Source of the DNA: Nitrososphaerota archaeon
GTDB lineage: Archaea > Thermoproteota > Nitrososphaeria > PSMU01
Assembly: GCA_040290255.1 (NCBI GenBank)
Contig: PSMU01000002.1
Coordinates: 128,001-192,000 of the forward strand
Length of the DNA stretch: 64,000 nt
Direction: 5' to 3'
Of the stretch, positions 17,755 through 27,560 are shown piece by piece; position 1 is the stretch's first letter, and every line of letters begins with the position of its first letter. Under the pieces are notes generated by a model, which was not told where the DNA came from, ran no database searches, and saw only the letters and a program-made list of their open reading frames with translations. A program made the position numbers and the translations under genes.

Positions 17755-18885
17755 CTAGAGATAGTCCCCTATATAGAGACTCTTGGGCAGATAGGTGAGA
17801 TTCTCACAGCCGGCCTTGGTCACCACAACGTCGTCCTCCAGCCTCATGCCGAACCGCCCGGGGAGGTAGATGCCGGGCTCCACCGTGAAGATCATGCCCG
17901 CTTTGAGTATGGTGGGGGAACCCTCCCTTATGTAGGGCTCTTCATGAACCTCCAGGCCCAGGCCATGCCCAGTCCTGTGGATGAAGTATTGCGCATATCC
18001 GCGCCGCGCGATGACCCCCCGGGCAGCCCTATCCAGCTGCTCGGCCTTTACGCCCGGGCCGACTTGCTCGAGTGCCCTCGACTGGGCCTCAAGCACAGCC
18101 TCGAAGATCTTCTCAGCCTCATCCCCAGGGTCGCCGAGACAGACGGTCCGGGTGACATCGGCATAATAACCATCGTAGGTGACGCCGGCGTCGAAGACCA
18201 CCGGCTCCCCCCTCCCTATCCGCCGGGCTGTGGGCCCTAGGTGAGGCTTGGCACCGTCAGGCCCCGACTGCACCAGACAGAAGGGGACCGACTCGGCCCC
18301 AAGCTCCAAAGCCCTCTTCCTGAACAGGAAGGCAGCCTCACGCTCCTCCATCCCCTCCCTTAGGTCCGCGAGGGTGGCCATGAACGCCTCCTGCAGGATT
18401 GCGGAGGCCCTCCTGTGGGCCGCCAGCTCGGCCTCCTCCTTGACCGCCCTCAACTCGTAGAAGACCGGGTCTATCTCACGGAGAGCCAGCCCTTCGCCCA
18501 GCACCCTCAGACGTGTGAGGACCTTGAAGGGCATCGTGCCCTCAACTCCCACAGTGCCCTTCTCCAAGCCCGCCCTCGACAGCATCGACGCCACCTTCAA
18601 CCACGGGTCCTCATCATCGCCGTAGGAGAAAAGCTCCATCTCACCGACCGCCAGCTGTTCTCCGACCCGCTCCAGGTCGAGCCTCGGCACCAGGATGGAT
18701 GAACTGCCCTTAAAGCTCAGGAGGGCGATGGTGAGCCTTTCGTAGCTCTCTGTCGACACGCCCAGGAAATACCTCATGTTGGGTCCTGGGAGGAGGAGCA
18801 CCCCATCCAGGCCCTCGGAAAGAGCCTTCTCCCTGAGGGCAAGCAGCCTACCCCCCGCAAACAAATGGGGGCTGGATCCCTGCAT
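17755..18885 (-). CDS. Xaa-Pro peptidase (M24B family)
   Basis: PH, FDAGV..GYYADVTRT, HRTGHGLGLEVHE, TVEPGIY and RLEDD motifs. Confidence 0.92.
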   Translation of the reverse strand: MQGSSPHLFAGGRLLALREKALSEGLDGVLLLPGPNMRYFLGVSTESYERLTIALLSFKGSSSILVPRLDLERVGEQLAVGEMELFSYGDDEDPWLKVASMLSRAGLEKGTVGVEGTMPFKVLTRLRVLGEGLALREIDPVFYELRAVKEEAELAAHRRASAILQEAFMATLADLREGMEEREAAFLFRKRALELGAESVPFCLVQSGPDGAKPHLGPTARRIGRGEPVVFDAGVTYDGYYADVTRTVCLGDPGDEAEKIFEAVLEAQSRALEQVGPGVKAEQLDRAARGVIARRGYAQYFIHRTGHGLGLEVHEEPYIREGSPTILKAGMIFTVEPGIYLPGRFGMRLEDDVVVTKAGCENLTYLPKSLYIGDYL

Positions 18886-18992
18886 CGCGTAGGCTTAAAG
18901 AAGGACGCATATGAAGATTGCAATTGCCACTCTCCTGATCGAGGCGGTCGCGGGACGATAGAGTTATATATATTTCGGATAAGGCCCAATGG

Positions 18993-19214
18993 ATGGTCTC
19001 GAAGGCGACAGTAGCCTTCGTCATCACATTGGTAGTCATCGTGATCGCTGCGGCGACCATGTACATAGTGAGGGGTGTAGGGCCGGGCTTCGAAGGGGTT
19101 CCGAGGCTCCTAGCTGGACATCCCCTTTATGATATACTCAATCCCCTCCTAGCACTCGTGTTATTCGTGGCGCTAGGTTTATCAATATACTTTCTGAGGA
19201 GGGTGAGAGAATGA
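18993..19214 (+). CDS. Small two-TM membrane protein coupled to the putative ECF S component
   Basis: TTATATATAT box about 25 nt upstream; two hydrophobic helices; ATGA overlap with the next gene. Confidence 0.6.
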   Translation: MVSKATVAFVITLVVIVIAAATMYIVRGVGPGFEGVPRLLAGHPLYDILNPLLALVLFVALGLSIYFLRRVRE

Positions 19215-19999
19215 AGAGAAATACGTTGCTGTTGATCCTGCTGGGCATCTACTTCCTCTACAACATCACAATCCTTTCAATATGGCAGGGTTGGACGAGC
19301 CCTACGCCTCCTCCCATAGGGCTCCTAATGGGACCTGGTATGTTCGCCATCGCGGTGTTGGTCACGGGCGTTACAACCTGGGTTGCAGCAAGGTACTTGC
19401 CAAAAGAGGTGCAATTAACGGCGGCTGCCGCTCCGGGCTCTGCCGCGCCCAGGAAGGCGGTCGCACTGACGTCGCGCGAAGCAGGCATCGTGGCCTCCTT
19501 CTCTGGCGTCACCTTCGCTTGGAATGCCCTAGGTCTTATCTTTGTAATATTCCCCCCGGGCAGCTGGTCCATCACGGGAATCATGCCCCAGATAGTGGGG
19601 ATGGCCACAGGACCCGTGGGCCTGATCATAGCGCACTTTGTTGGGGGACTACTCTGGTACGACTTTCCATGGGGAACCTTTAACTTCATGCTCAGCTCCA
19701 CTTGGCTGGTCACCGTCGCATACTATTTCTACAGAGATGTAGCGAAGATATACAGGTACCCAATCCTGTTTGCCCAGACCTTCCTGCTCCACCAGTATGA
19801 CGTCTACAGCTGGGCGCTGTGGGCCTCCCACTTCGCCAAGCTCGCTCCAGTTGATTTCGTTATCCCTGCCACCATAGTCTTCATCGGACCCTGGTCCCTA
19901 TTGAACGCCATACCCATCGTCATCATCGTCGCCCTCCTGGACCGCTTCGCTCCGGGCTTCATGAGGCCCACCTGGCTCGATAGGTACACCACTCCCTAG
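19211..19999 (+). CDS. Putative ECF transporter S (substrate-binding) component with extra N-terminal helices
   Basis: Highly hydrophobic; GIVASFSG..I.P....GPVGLIIAHFVGGLL pattern resembles S components; adjacent to ecfT/ecfA. Confidence 0.6.
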   Translation: MKRNTLLLILLGIYFLYNITILSIWQGWTSPTPPPIGLLMGPGMFAIAVLVTGVTTWVAARYLPKEVQLTAAAAPGSAAPRKAVALTSREAGIVASFSGVTFAWNALGLIFVIFPPGSWSITGIMPQIVGMATGPVGLIIAHFVGGLLWYDFPWGTFNFMLSSTWLVTVAYYFYRDVAKIYRYPILFAQTFLLHQYDVYSWALWASHFAKLAPVDFVIPATIVFIGPWSLLNAIPIVIIVALLDRFAPGFMRPTWLDRYTTP

Positions 20000-20036
20000 G
20001 GAAAAATTCTTGCTCTAAATCCCGCATATTTTTAAG

Positions 20037-20963
20037 TCATAACCTTCTTAGGATGTTAAAGAGTGCGAAAGAGATCGTAAGTAAGAAGCCAGCCACCAGC
20101 GCAAGGATAGACATGCCGAGGAGCCGTTGGTAGAGAGGCTCCGTCAGGAGGAATAGAGGTAAGCCAAGTCTGGCATAGTAGACCGCGAAGGCTATGAGCC
20201 CGAAATTCAGGAATATTACCGCTTTGTCTGTCCTCGAAAGCACCCGCTTTGCTCCGAGCCTGAATGTCCTTACCCCGCTATAAGTGAACCCTTTCATCTC
20301 CAGGGCCACAGAAGCCCACTGTGCCCTTCTTATCGTGGCGAAAATCGTGGGCGGCAGAAGTGATAGGTACGCGGCTATCTTCCTTACAGGATCTACCTCC
20401 CGAACCTTAAATCCGCGGGACTGGTATGCGTCCACGATTTCGCTTAATTGTGACACGAACAAGGGGGCAGAGCCGAAAGCCAGGCTTACGGTGGTCGCCA
20501 CTCGTGGGGGCACCTTGACGATGGCCAACGAGTTGGCTAGATCGATTATTCGTGTTGTGGCTGCGAAGATCGCGACTACCCCTATCAGGTTTGCTAGGCG
20601 GTATAAGCCTGAAGCCGCCCACACGAAGCCCAGGACCGAAATCTCACCCCTCAATACGTAGGGGAAGCCGGTATAGAAGGTAAAGTACAGCGTCGCGAAG
20701 GCCCCGCCCATCAGCACGACCACATTCTTGTAGATAACCACCAGTTGCTTCGTCACCCCCGAGGCCCAAGCAAGTAGGTAGAGAGCGACGCTTATAGTGA
20801 GGCCAAAGAGCGGATCCAGAAACGTGATAACAAGCGCGGTCACGCCGAATATTATTATCAGCTTTGTTACGGGGTTGAGCCTATGGAGGAAGCTGTCACC
20901 TTCCGCATACTCGAAGGGCCGCACCTGCCGGCGTCGCTCTGGGACCGCAGCTGGCTTAACCAA
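20037..20963 (-). CDS. ecfT: ECF transporter T component (EcfT/CbiQ)
   Basis: SFLHRLNPVTKL, AYQSRG and ALEMKGF motifs. Start uncertain (TTG 20963 overlaps the ATPase stop). Confidence 0.85.
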   Translation of the reverse strand: MVKPAAVPERRRQVRPFEYAEGDSFLHRLNPVTKLIIIFGVTALVITFLDPLFGLTISVALYLLAWASGVTKQLVVIYKNVVVLMGGAFATLYFTFYTGFPYVLRGEISVLGFVWAASGLYRLANLIGVVAIFAATTRIIDLANSLAIVKVPPRVATTVSLAFGSAPLFVSQLSEIVDAYQSRGFKVREVDPVRKIAAYLSLLPPTIFATIRRAQWASVALEMKGFTYSGVRTFRLGAKRVLSRTDKAVIFLNFGLIAFAVYYARLGLPLFLLTEPLYQRLLGMSILALVAGFLLTISFALFNILRRL

Positions 20964-22686
20964 GGATGCCCACCATCTCCTCGAGCGTAACAGCTTCACA
21001 GGGCATCGCGGCAGCCTCGGACAGCATTTTAGACAGTCTTACGACGGGCGGGGCCCTCAGATGTGCCCTAACTAACGTCTGCTCATCTCTTAGCAGCGTG
21101 CGGGTGGGCCCATCAGCCAAGATTCGGCCCTCGCTCATCACAACGGTCCTGGGCGAGTACTTCGCCACGATTTCCATGTCGTGGGTTACGACCAAGATAG
21201 TCTTGCCGGATTCGTTTAATCTCTTCAAGAGCTCCATTATTTCAATCTTCTGAGCCAAGTCCTGCCCCGTTGTAGGCTCGTCTACCAGCAGTATCTCGGG
21301 GTCCGTGGATAGGGCCGCGGCGAGGGCCAACCTCTTCCTTTCGCCTAGGCTGAGATTAAAGGTCGTTGCGCCCCAAGCATGTTCAAGATTCACGAGCCTC
21401 AGAAGCTCGCGAACCCTCTGAGCACGCTGCTCCTTATTCATCCCCAGCTTTTTCATTCCGAGCTCCAGCTCATCCTTAACGCTTAGCTTGAAGAGCTGCC
21501 GGTCGGGATGCTGAAAGACCAGCCCTACGAGCCGGCTTAACGTAGCAGGGCTCTCCTTCGATGTATCGATTCCCTTGACAAATACGCTTCCGCTCGTGGG
21601 CTTCAGAAGGCCGTTAAGATGCTTCAGCAGGGTGGTTTTCCCTGATCCGTTTTGGCCCACGATGGCCAGGAATTCACCGGGCTGCACCGCGAGATTCACG
21701 TCCCTCAGCGCTACAATCCCGCCCTCGTAAACGTGCGTCAGGCCTTCGATGGATATGATCGGTCTAAGTTCGGATTTGGTATTCCCAAGTATGACATCCG
21801 CCGTTCTCCCCGGAGCGCTACGGATCCTCCCAGCCATCGCCTGAATGAATGGTTGGGGCAGTTCCTCAGGGTCTAGGGCCATTAAATCCTCATCTAATAT
21901 CTTCCTCCTGCGAAGCTCATGTAGGAGAGCGGGCAGCTGTGGCAGGTTGACGCCTGCTGTCTTCATGGCCTCCCATTTTTCAGGATCGTTGAGGAGGTCG
22001 AAGGGGCGTCCCTCCGCAACCAGCCTCCCGTTGTGCATCACAACGAGCCTGTCTACCCACGGTAGGAACTCCTCTATCCGCTGTTCAACTATTACGAAAG
22101 TACTTTCCTTTTTGCCCATAATCTTCCTTAGTACGCGACTTACTAGTTCTCCCCCCAAGGGGTCAAGCGAGGATATCGGCTCATCCAGAACATAAATCTG
22201 CGGTGAGAGGGCTATGATCGAAGCTAGGGCACAGAGTTGCTGCTCTCCTCCTGATAGCGTGTGTGGGTTTCTCTCCTCGAATCCCGTGAGCCCCACAGTG
22301 GCTATCGCATCCCTCACCCTCCTCTCTATCTCATCCGGGGGAAATCCAAAATTCTCCAACGCAAAAGCGATATCGTCAATGACGGTCGGCTGTAATAGTT
22401 GTCCTGTGTAGTCTTGAAGGACCATTCCCACTATCCGGGACAGGTCGGAGATTTCTTCATAACGAGGATCGTGGCCATCAATCTCTATGTTACCTTCCAA
22501 GTAACCTGGGAAGAAGTTAGGAATTAGGCCATTTAAGCAGAAGCAGAGAGTAGTCTTTCCCGCAGCCGTAGGGCCTGTGATGAGCACGGCCTCGCCCTTC
22601 TTGATTTCGAGGCTAATATGGTCCAATGCTGGCTTCTTGGATCCTGCGTAAGTCCACGTGAGGTCCTTGATCACGATCGCCGACAT
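20956..22686 (-). CDS. ECF transporter fused dual ATPase (EcfAA')
   Basis: Two ABC domains: GPTAAGKTT/LSGGEQQ/LDEP and GQNGSGKTT/LSLGERKR/VDEPTTGQD. Confidence 0.92.
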   Translation of the reverse strand: MSAIVIKDLTWTYAGSKKPALDHISLEIKKGEAVLITGPTAAGKTTLCFCLNGLIPNFFPGYLEGNIEIDGHDPRYEEISDLSRIVGMVLQDYTGQLLQPTVIDDIAFALENFGFPPDEIERRVRDAIATVGLTGFEERNPHTLSGGEQQLCALASIIALSPQIYVLDEPISSLDPLGGELVSRVLRKIMGKKESTFVIVEQRIEEFLPWVDRLVVMHNGRLVAEGRPFDLLNDPEKWEAMKTAGVNLPQLPALLHELRRRKILDEDLMALDPEELPQPFIQAMAGRIRSAPGRTADVILGNTKSELRPIISIEGLTHVYEGGIVALRDVNLAVQPGEFLAIVGQNGSGKTTLLKHLNGLLKPTSGSVFVKGIDTSKESPATLSRLVGLVFQHPDRQLFKLSVKDELELGMKKLGMNKEQRAQRVRELLRLVNLEHAWGATTFNLSLGERKRLALAAALSTDPEILLVDEPTTGQDLAQKIEIMELLKRLNESGKTILVVTHDMEIVAKYSPRTVVMSEGRILADGPTRTLLRDEQTLVRAHLRAPPVVRLSKMLSEAAAMPCEAVTLEEMVGILG

Positions 22687-22722
22687 ATTTTTTGCCTTCG
22701 CCTATACCTTCATACCCGACGA

Positions 22723-24459
22723 CTAGTGTGTGAGTTCCTTGCTCAACTTACTCCTAAGAGCATTGGTAGCCTCAATGTCCACAGCCCCCTCCCTTATGAC
22801 CACCCCATAGATTTCCCGGGCCTGTTCGGGCGTAATGTATTCATTTTTGACATCCCAGAGTACGAGCTGGGGGTCTCTTTCGAGGGGGGATCCCCATCCC
22901 CCTCCTCCCCCGCTACGGAGACTCACTTTCTCTCCGCGAACCAGCCTTAACCCGCCCACCTTTCTCACCCACCTCGGTTGCTCGCCATGTTTGTAGATGA
23001 CACAGATATTGGGTGTACCATTGTGCCCCCCGCCGACGCCCCAGGGGGGGAACTTGCTTCTGCCCACCGAGACCGTGAAAGTGGCTTCGCTGCACCGCAC
23101 GACATAATCTTTAATGACACCAAAACCGCCCCGGAACTTTCCATGTCCTGTACCTCCCTCTATGTTGAGGCAAAAACGTTCAACCAAAATCGGTGTTCTT
23201 CTTTCGTAAACTTCGTTGGAGGCGATGTAGGTTTCACCGTCTCCGCAAGCGACCAGGCCAGATTCACCATCCATATCATGGCCAGCGCCCCAGCCTCCTG
23301 GTTGGGGCTCAACGATGGCAAAGGGCTCCCCGGTTTCGTCGAAGCGACCAGCCAATATGGTAGCCAAGATGGAAAGGAAGTGACCGGCCGAAAGCTTCTC
23401 TGGGACGTGCGGGGCTAAGGCTTTCCAGACTAAGTCGGTGGCATACGACATAGCCTCCCAGAAGGTGGACGTGGGCGCTGGCCTGACCGGGTTGAAAACG
23501 CTCCCCTCCGGAGCGATGACCTTCAGCGGGCTGAAGAAGCCCGCATTAGGATGCGCATGTGGATCCATCACGGCCATGTAAGTTTCACGCACCCCCGAGA
23601 CGGTGGCAGGCAAAGGCGAGTTTATCGAGCCCTTCCCCTGCGGAGCACTACCTGTGAAATCCACTAGAAACTCATCGTCGGCAATCTTGACTCTCACCCT
23701 GACTGGAAGAGGACTATCTGTGACCCCATCGTCGTCGATGAGATCCTCAGCCGTGAATTCGCCTCTGGGAAGCTCCCTTAATTTCAACTTTGCAAGTCTC
23801 CGGCCATCTTCCAATAGTCTGTCCATGCTTTCAAGCACCTGTTCGACGCCATACTTTTCGATCAGCTTCTGTAACCGCTGCTCGGCCACCTTCATCGAGG
23901 CCACCTGGGCTTCCATATCTCCCAGGGTAAATTCGGGCAACCTCGAGTTATGCCTGATAATATCGATGACATCCTTGTTGGGCTTTCCCTCTATGTAAAG
24001 TCGCACGTTAGGGAACTGCGTCCCTTCCTGAAAGATTTCGGTGGCATCGGAGGTCCAACTGCCGAAGCGCATCCCACCGACCTCAGACCAATGCCCTTTG
24101 TTTATGATCAGAGAGATCAACCTGTCCTTGCTGAAGACGGGGAGCACGAGCGTGACGTCGTTCAGATGTGTACCCGACCTGTAGGGAACGTTCAGCATGT
24201 AGACGTCGCCGGGCTTCATATCCCCACCCCATTTTTCGAGCACTTCTAGGGCCACAAAATCGAGCACGCCTGAAAAACCTGGGACTCCTGGAGTCTGCGC
24301 TACCAGATGGCCGCCCTTAGGATCCGTTATAGCCACCGCATAATCGAGCACCTCATAAATCACCGGGCTCTTGGCCGTCCTGCCGAAGGCATAGAACATT
24401 TCCTCACAGGCCACGACCAGCCCGTTCTTGATGATCTCAAGTGTGAACGGGTCTACCAT
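22723..24459 (-). CDS. Hydantoinase B / 5-oxoprolinase subunit
   Basis: VDPFTLEI, SPVIYEVLDY, GTHLND, GHWSEVGG, IFQEG, GHGKFRGG and SGGGGGWGSP..RDP motifs. Confidence 0.92.
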   Translation of the reverse strand: MVDPFTLEIIKNGLVVACEEMFYAFGRTAKSPVIYEVLDYAVAITDPKGGHLVAQTPGVPGFSGVLDFVALEVLEKWGGDMKPGDVYMLNVPYRSGTHLNDVTLVLPVFSKDRLISLIINKGHWSEVGGMRFGSWTSDATEIFQEGTQFPNVRLYIEGKPNKDVIDIIRHNSRLPEFTLGDMEAQVASMKVAEQRLQKLIEKYGVEQVLESMDRLLEDGRRLAKLKLRELPRGEFTAEDLIDDDGVTDSPLPVRVRVKIADDEFLVDFTGSAPQGKGSINSPLPATVSGVRETYMAVMDPHAHPNAGFFSPLKVIAPEGSVFNPVRPAPTSTFWEAMSYATDLVWKALAPHVPEKLSAGHFLSILATILAGRFDETGEPFAIVEPQPGGWGAGHDMDGESGLVACGDGETYIASNEVYERRTPILVERFCLNIEGGTGHGKFRGGFGVIKDYVVRCSEATFTVSVGRSKFPPWGVGGGHNGTPNICVIYKHGEQPRWVRKVGGLRLVRGEKVSLRSGGGGGWGSPLERDPQLVLWDVKNEYITPEQAREIYGVVIREGAVDIEATNALRSKLSKELTH

Positions 24460-24462
24460 GCC

Positions 24463-26514
24463 CTACCCCCTCCTCATGATGATATTGCCATACCTATCAA
24501 TGAGTGCCTTCTGGCCCTTCAGGACGATGATCGTGGAGGTTGGATCCTCTATTATGGCTGGGCCCACCACAGGGGAGTTCGAGGGAAGCAGGGTCCGATC
24601 GTAAACGGGCCATTTGTTGTGCCTGCCGTCGAGATAGACCTCCCTCTCCTCCTTTAAGGCCTTTCCAGGTGACCCCCCCTCCAGCTTCAACTCGGTCGGT
24701 CGCGCCTTATCCAATCTGACGATGCCTGTTAAATGAAAGTTCACAATTTCCACCGGGCTCCCCTCCAGCTTAAACGCGTATTTCCTTTCATGAGCCGCGT
24801 CGAACCTCGCAACCAGCTCCGCCACTTCTGATGGGCCGATTCGCCCCCCCATGACCTCCACCCTAACCGTGTGTTCCTGTCCAAGATATCTCATGTCCGC
24901 ATACCTCGCGAAAACGACTCGAGCCGTATCCAAACCTTCCCGGGTTAGGAGGGAAATCATCTTGGCCTCCAACTCCCCATAGACCTCGTTAACCTTAGAC
25001 AGGTTCGATTCAACATCTAGCCTTAGAGTATGCGTTAGGACTAGGTCGTGCCTAATGTCGGTAACGAGCATACCCCATGCCGAGAAGACCCCCGGAGGGA
25101 TGCCCGGAATGACCACCGTGCCTATCTCCAGCTCTTCGGCAATGAATGGGGCAAACATGGGACCTGAACCCCCATACGCGATCAAGGCGAAGTCGCGGGG
25201 ATCGTATCCCCTCTGCACGGAGACCAGCCTTATCGCGTAAGCCGCATTATCGTTGGCCAGTCTTATCACACCTTCCGAGAAGCCTTCTATCGAAGTGTTG
25301 AACTGTTCAGCAAATGGCTTTATGGCCTTTTCACTTAAACTCCTATCTATCTTCAGGTAACCCCCGAGTAAATACTTAGGATTGAGGAGTCCTGTCAATA
25401 CATAAGCGTCCGTTACGGTCGGGTCTTTGCCACCCTTCCCATAACATGCTGGGCCAGGGTAAGCCCCGGCAGCCTTGGGACCGACCCGGATGTTGCCAAT
25501 TGGATCGACCCAAACGATGCTGGTTCCGCCGTTACCGACCTCCACCACCTCAACGGTAGGCACGAAGACCGGATATCCCGGCCTGAATTTATCCCTCCCC
25601 ACGTAGTGTTCGGTGGTTACCGTGGGGGTGAGCTCCTGGACAAGGCTAGCTTTGGTCGTTGTACTACCCCCGTCCAAAGTGATTATGTTCCTTAGACCCA
25701 GCAACTCTGCTATAGCAATGGACCCGATAACCCCGGCGATCGGACCCGACTCCATGGTGGTTATTGGATACTTTCCGGCAAAGTCAAAGGAAGCCGTCCC
25801 GCCACCAGAAAGCATGGCCAGCGAGGTGCCTGTGAAGCCCCGTGCCTCAAATTCTTTCTTTAGCTTTTCCAGATATCCAGTCATCTTAGGTCTAACATAA
25901 GCATTGAGCACGGCAGTCGCGGTTCTCTCGTACTCCCTCCACTCCCTAGTAACCTCGCTCCCAAGGGTCACTGGTATGCCTGGGGCCGCTCTGCTGACGA
26001 TCAGGCCGGCCTCTTCCTCATGTTTGGGATTGACATAGGAATTAATGAAACTTATCGCGATCGACTCCACACCTTCCCGTTTGAGTCTCTCCACGGCCTC
26101 CACTACGCTCTCAGGGCTCAGTGGCTCTAGCACTGTACCATCGCTGAGAATCCGCTCAGATACCTCAACTCTGAGATAGCGAGGCACAAGCGGGTCGGGC
26201 TTTCTATAGCGAAAATTGTAGATATCCCTCCTGTTGGAGCGTTGCAACTCCAGAACATCCCTGAAGCCCCTGGTTGTGAGCAACCCTACCTTAGCACCAG
26301 ACCTCTCCACTATAGTATTTATCACCAACGTCTGTCCGTGGAGTATCATGCGCACATCCCTTAAGTTTACAGCGCTTCTTTCGATGCAATCCACCACGCC
26401 CCGCGAGAAATCTTCAGGAGTTGTTTCGGTCTTTACCCAGAAGGTTGCACCCGATTCCGGGTCATAGGCGACCAGGTCCGTAAACGCCCCGCCGATATCA
26501 ATCCCGATCCTCAT
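24463..26514 (-). CDS. Hydantoinase A / 5-oxoprolinase ATP-binding subunit
   Basis: IGIDIGGAFTD, REYERTATAVLNAY, ESGPIAG, DGGSTT, AGAYPGPACYGKGG and GYDPRDF motifs. Start refined to ATG 26514. Confidence 0.93.
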   Translation of the reverse strand: MRIGIDIGGAFTDLVAYDPESGATFWVKTETTPEDFSRGVVDCIERSAVNLRDVRMILHGQTLVINTIVERSGAKVGLLTTRGFRDVLELQRSNRRDIYNFRYRKPDPLVPRYLRVEVSERILSDGTVLEPLSPESVVEAVERLKREGVESIAISFINSYVNPKHEEEAGLIVSRAAPGIPVTLGSEVTREWREYERTATAVLNAYVRPKMTGYLEKLKKEFEARGFTGTSLAMLSGGGTASFDFAGKYPITTMESGPIAGVIGSIAIAELLGLRNIITLDGGSTTTKASLVQELTPTVTTEHYVGRDKFRPGYPVFVPTVEVVEVGNGGTSIVWVDPIGNIRVGPKAAGAYPGPACYGKGGKDPTVTDAYVLTGLLNPKYLLGGYLKIDRSLSEKAIKPFAEQFNTSIEGFSEGVIRLANDNAAYAIRLVSVQRGYDPRDFALIAYGGSGPMFAPFIAEELEIGTVVIPGIPPGVFSAWGMLVTDIRHDLVLTHTLRLDVESNLSKVNEVYGELEAKMISLLTREGLDTARVVFARYADMRYLGQEHTVRVEVMGGRIGPSEVAELVARFDAAHERKYAFKLEGSPVEIVNFHLTGIVRLDKARPTELKLEGGSPGKALKEEREVYLDGRHNKWPVYDRTLLPSNSPVVGPAIIEDPTSTIIVLKGQKALIDRYGNIIMRRG

Positions 26515-27095
26515 AATGAGAGCCGGCGGAGGAGCAAGGAATGGGCCTTTTAAATATTTCGAGCTACAGAAGTTAGTACTTGTCGCGGGTTCCATTAATA
26601 AGCTTCATTTAGTCGAATCTTGTTATACTCTCTATTCCCTTGACCTAGTTCGCCTCAATTGAGTCGACTCGCCCCGCCTTTTGCACTTAACCCAGGGTCT
26701 ACCGCAAGAGGCTCAAGAGAATCGTCATAATGACTCCAGCGGCTAGGAGCCGATATATGATGATAAGGCTCTGATGGACGCGCTTAAGCCCACTCATCTC
26801 ACACATGTGAGCCCGTCCTCCACACCTGCAACCCTTTGTATATAGGGTCCTCCATTTCCCGACCCATCTTCTACACCGACATCCCCCCGAATCAGTATGG
26901 CCTGGGATCACCAGGCGACGGCTCGGCACACATAGGACATGTTAGGCTCGGTGAAATACCAGTTCATAATTCTTAACCCCTCTAGCCACTGTTGATCATC
27001 GCCGCAGGATGCGGCCCCTGGGCAGACCTGCGTAGGGTGGAAGCCGACGCGCCGCCGACAGGCTTTAAGAGGCGAGATCAGGGCGGCCGTAGTCC

Positions 27096-27560
27096 TTGCT
27101 GGGCAGAGCCTCCGGGGGCCTCACGCCCCTCTACGCCTCGATCTTCACCATCTCGCTGGGGCTGGGGGCCTACCTCTTCCTCCTATCCCTTTATGTCCAG
27201 CGGCTGGGTGGGACCTATCTGGACCTGGGCGTGGTGGGCGCGGTCAGGTCGCTGGCCTACGTGCTCCTACCCCTCGTGGCCGGCCTTCTGGCCGACCACC
27301 TGGGGGCCCTCCGCCTCTTCACCTTCAGCGTCCTGGTGAGCGGGGCGGCGGCCGGGGGCGCTCCCGCTGGCCTCATCGGTCACCCATGTGGTGCTGACCC
27401 AGCTGCTGACGGGCATAGGGTATGCCTTCCTCTGGCCCACCACGAGGCCCTGGTGATCTCCTCCTCCGCGGACCGGGAGAGGCTTCGGGCCCTAGGGAGA
27501 TACAACATTTCGTGGGGGTCCGGCTTCCTCCTGGGCCCCCTCTTGGGCGGCTACCTCTGG
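27096..27560 (+). pseudogene. Truncated, frameshifted MFS transporter
   Basis: TM helices and the GLLADHLG motif A. An alternate frame restores VVLTQLLTGIGYAFLWP at about 27360-27440. Sequence ends after GPLLGGYL, about TM5. Confidence 0.7.

Noticed and set aside
17230-27060. att-like direct repeats bounding the AT-richer block (ATGCGG..CCCT, GGGCAGA)
   Set aside because: The matches are too short and gapped for GC-rich DNA; no integrase or tRNA is adjacent.
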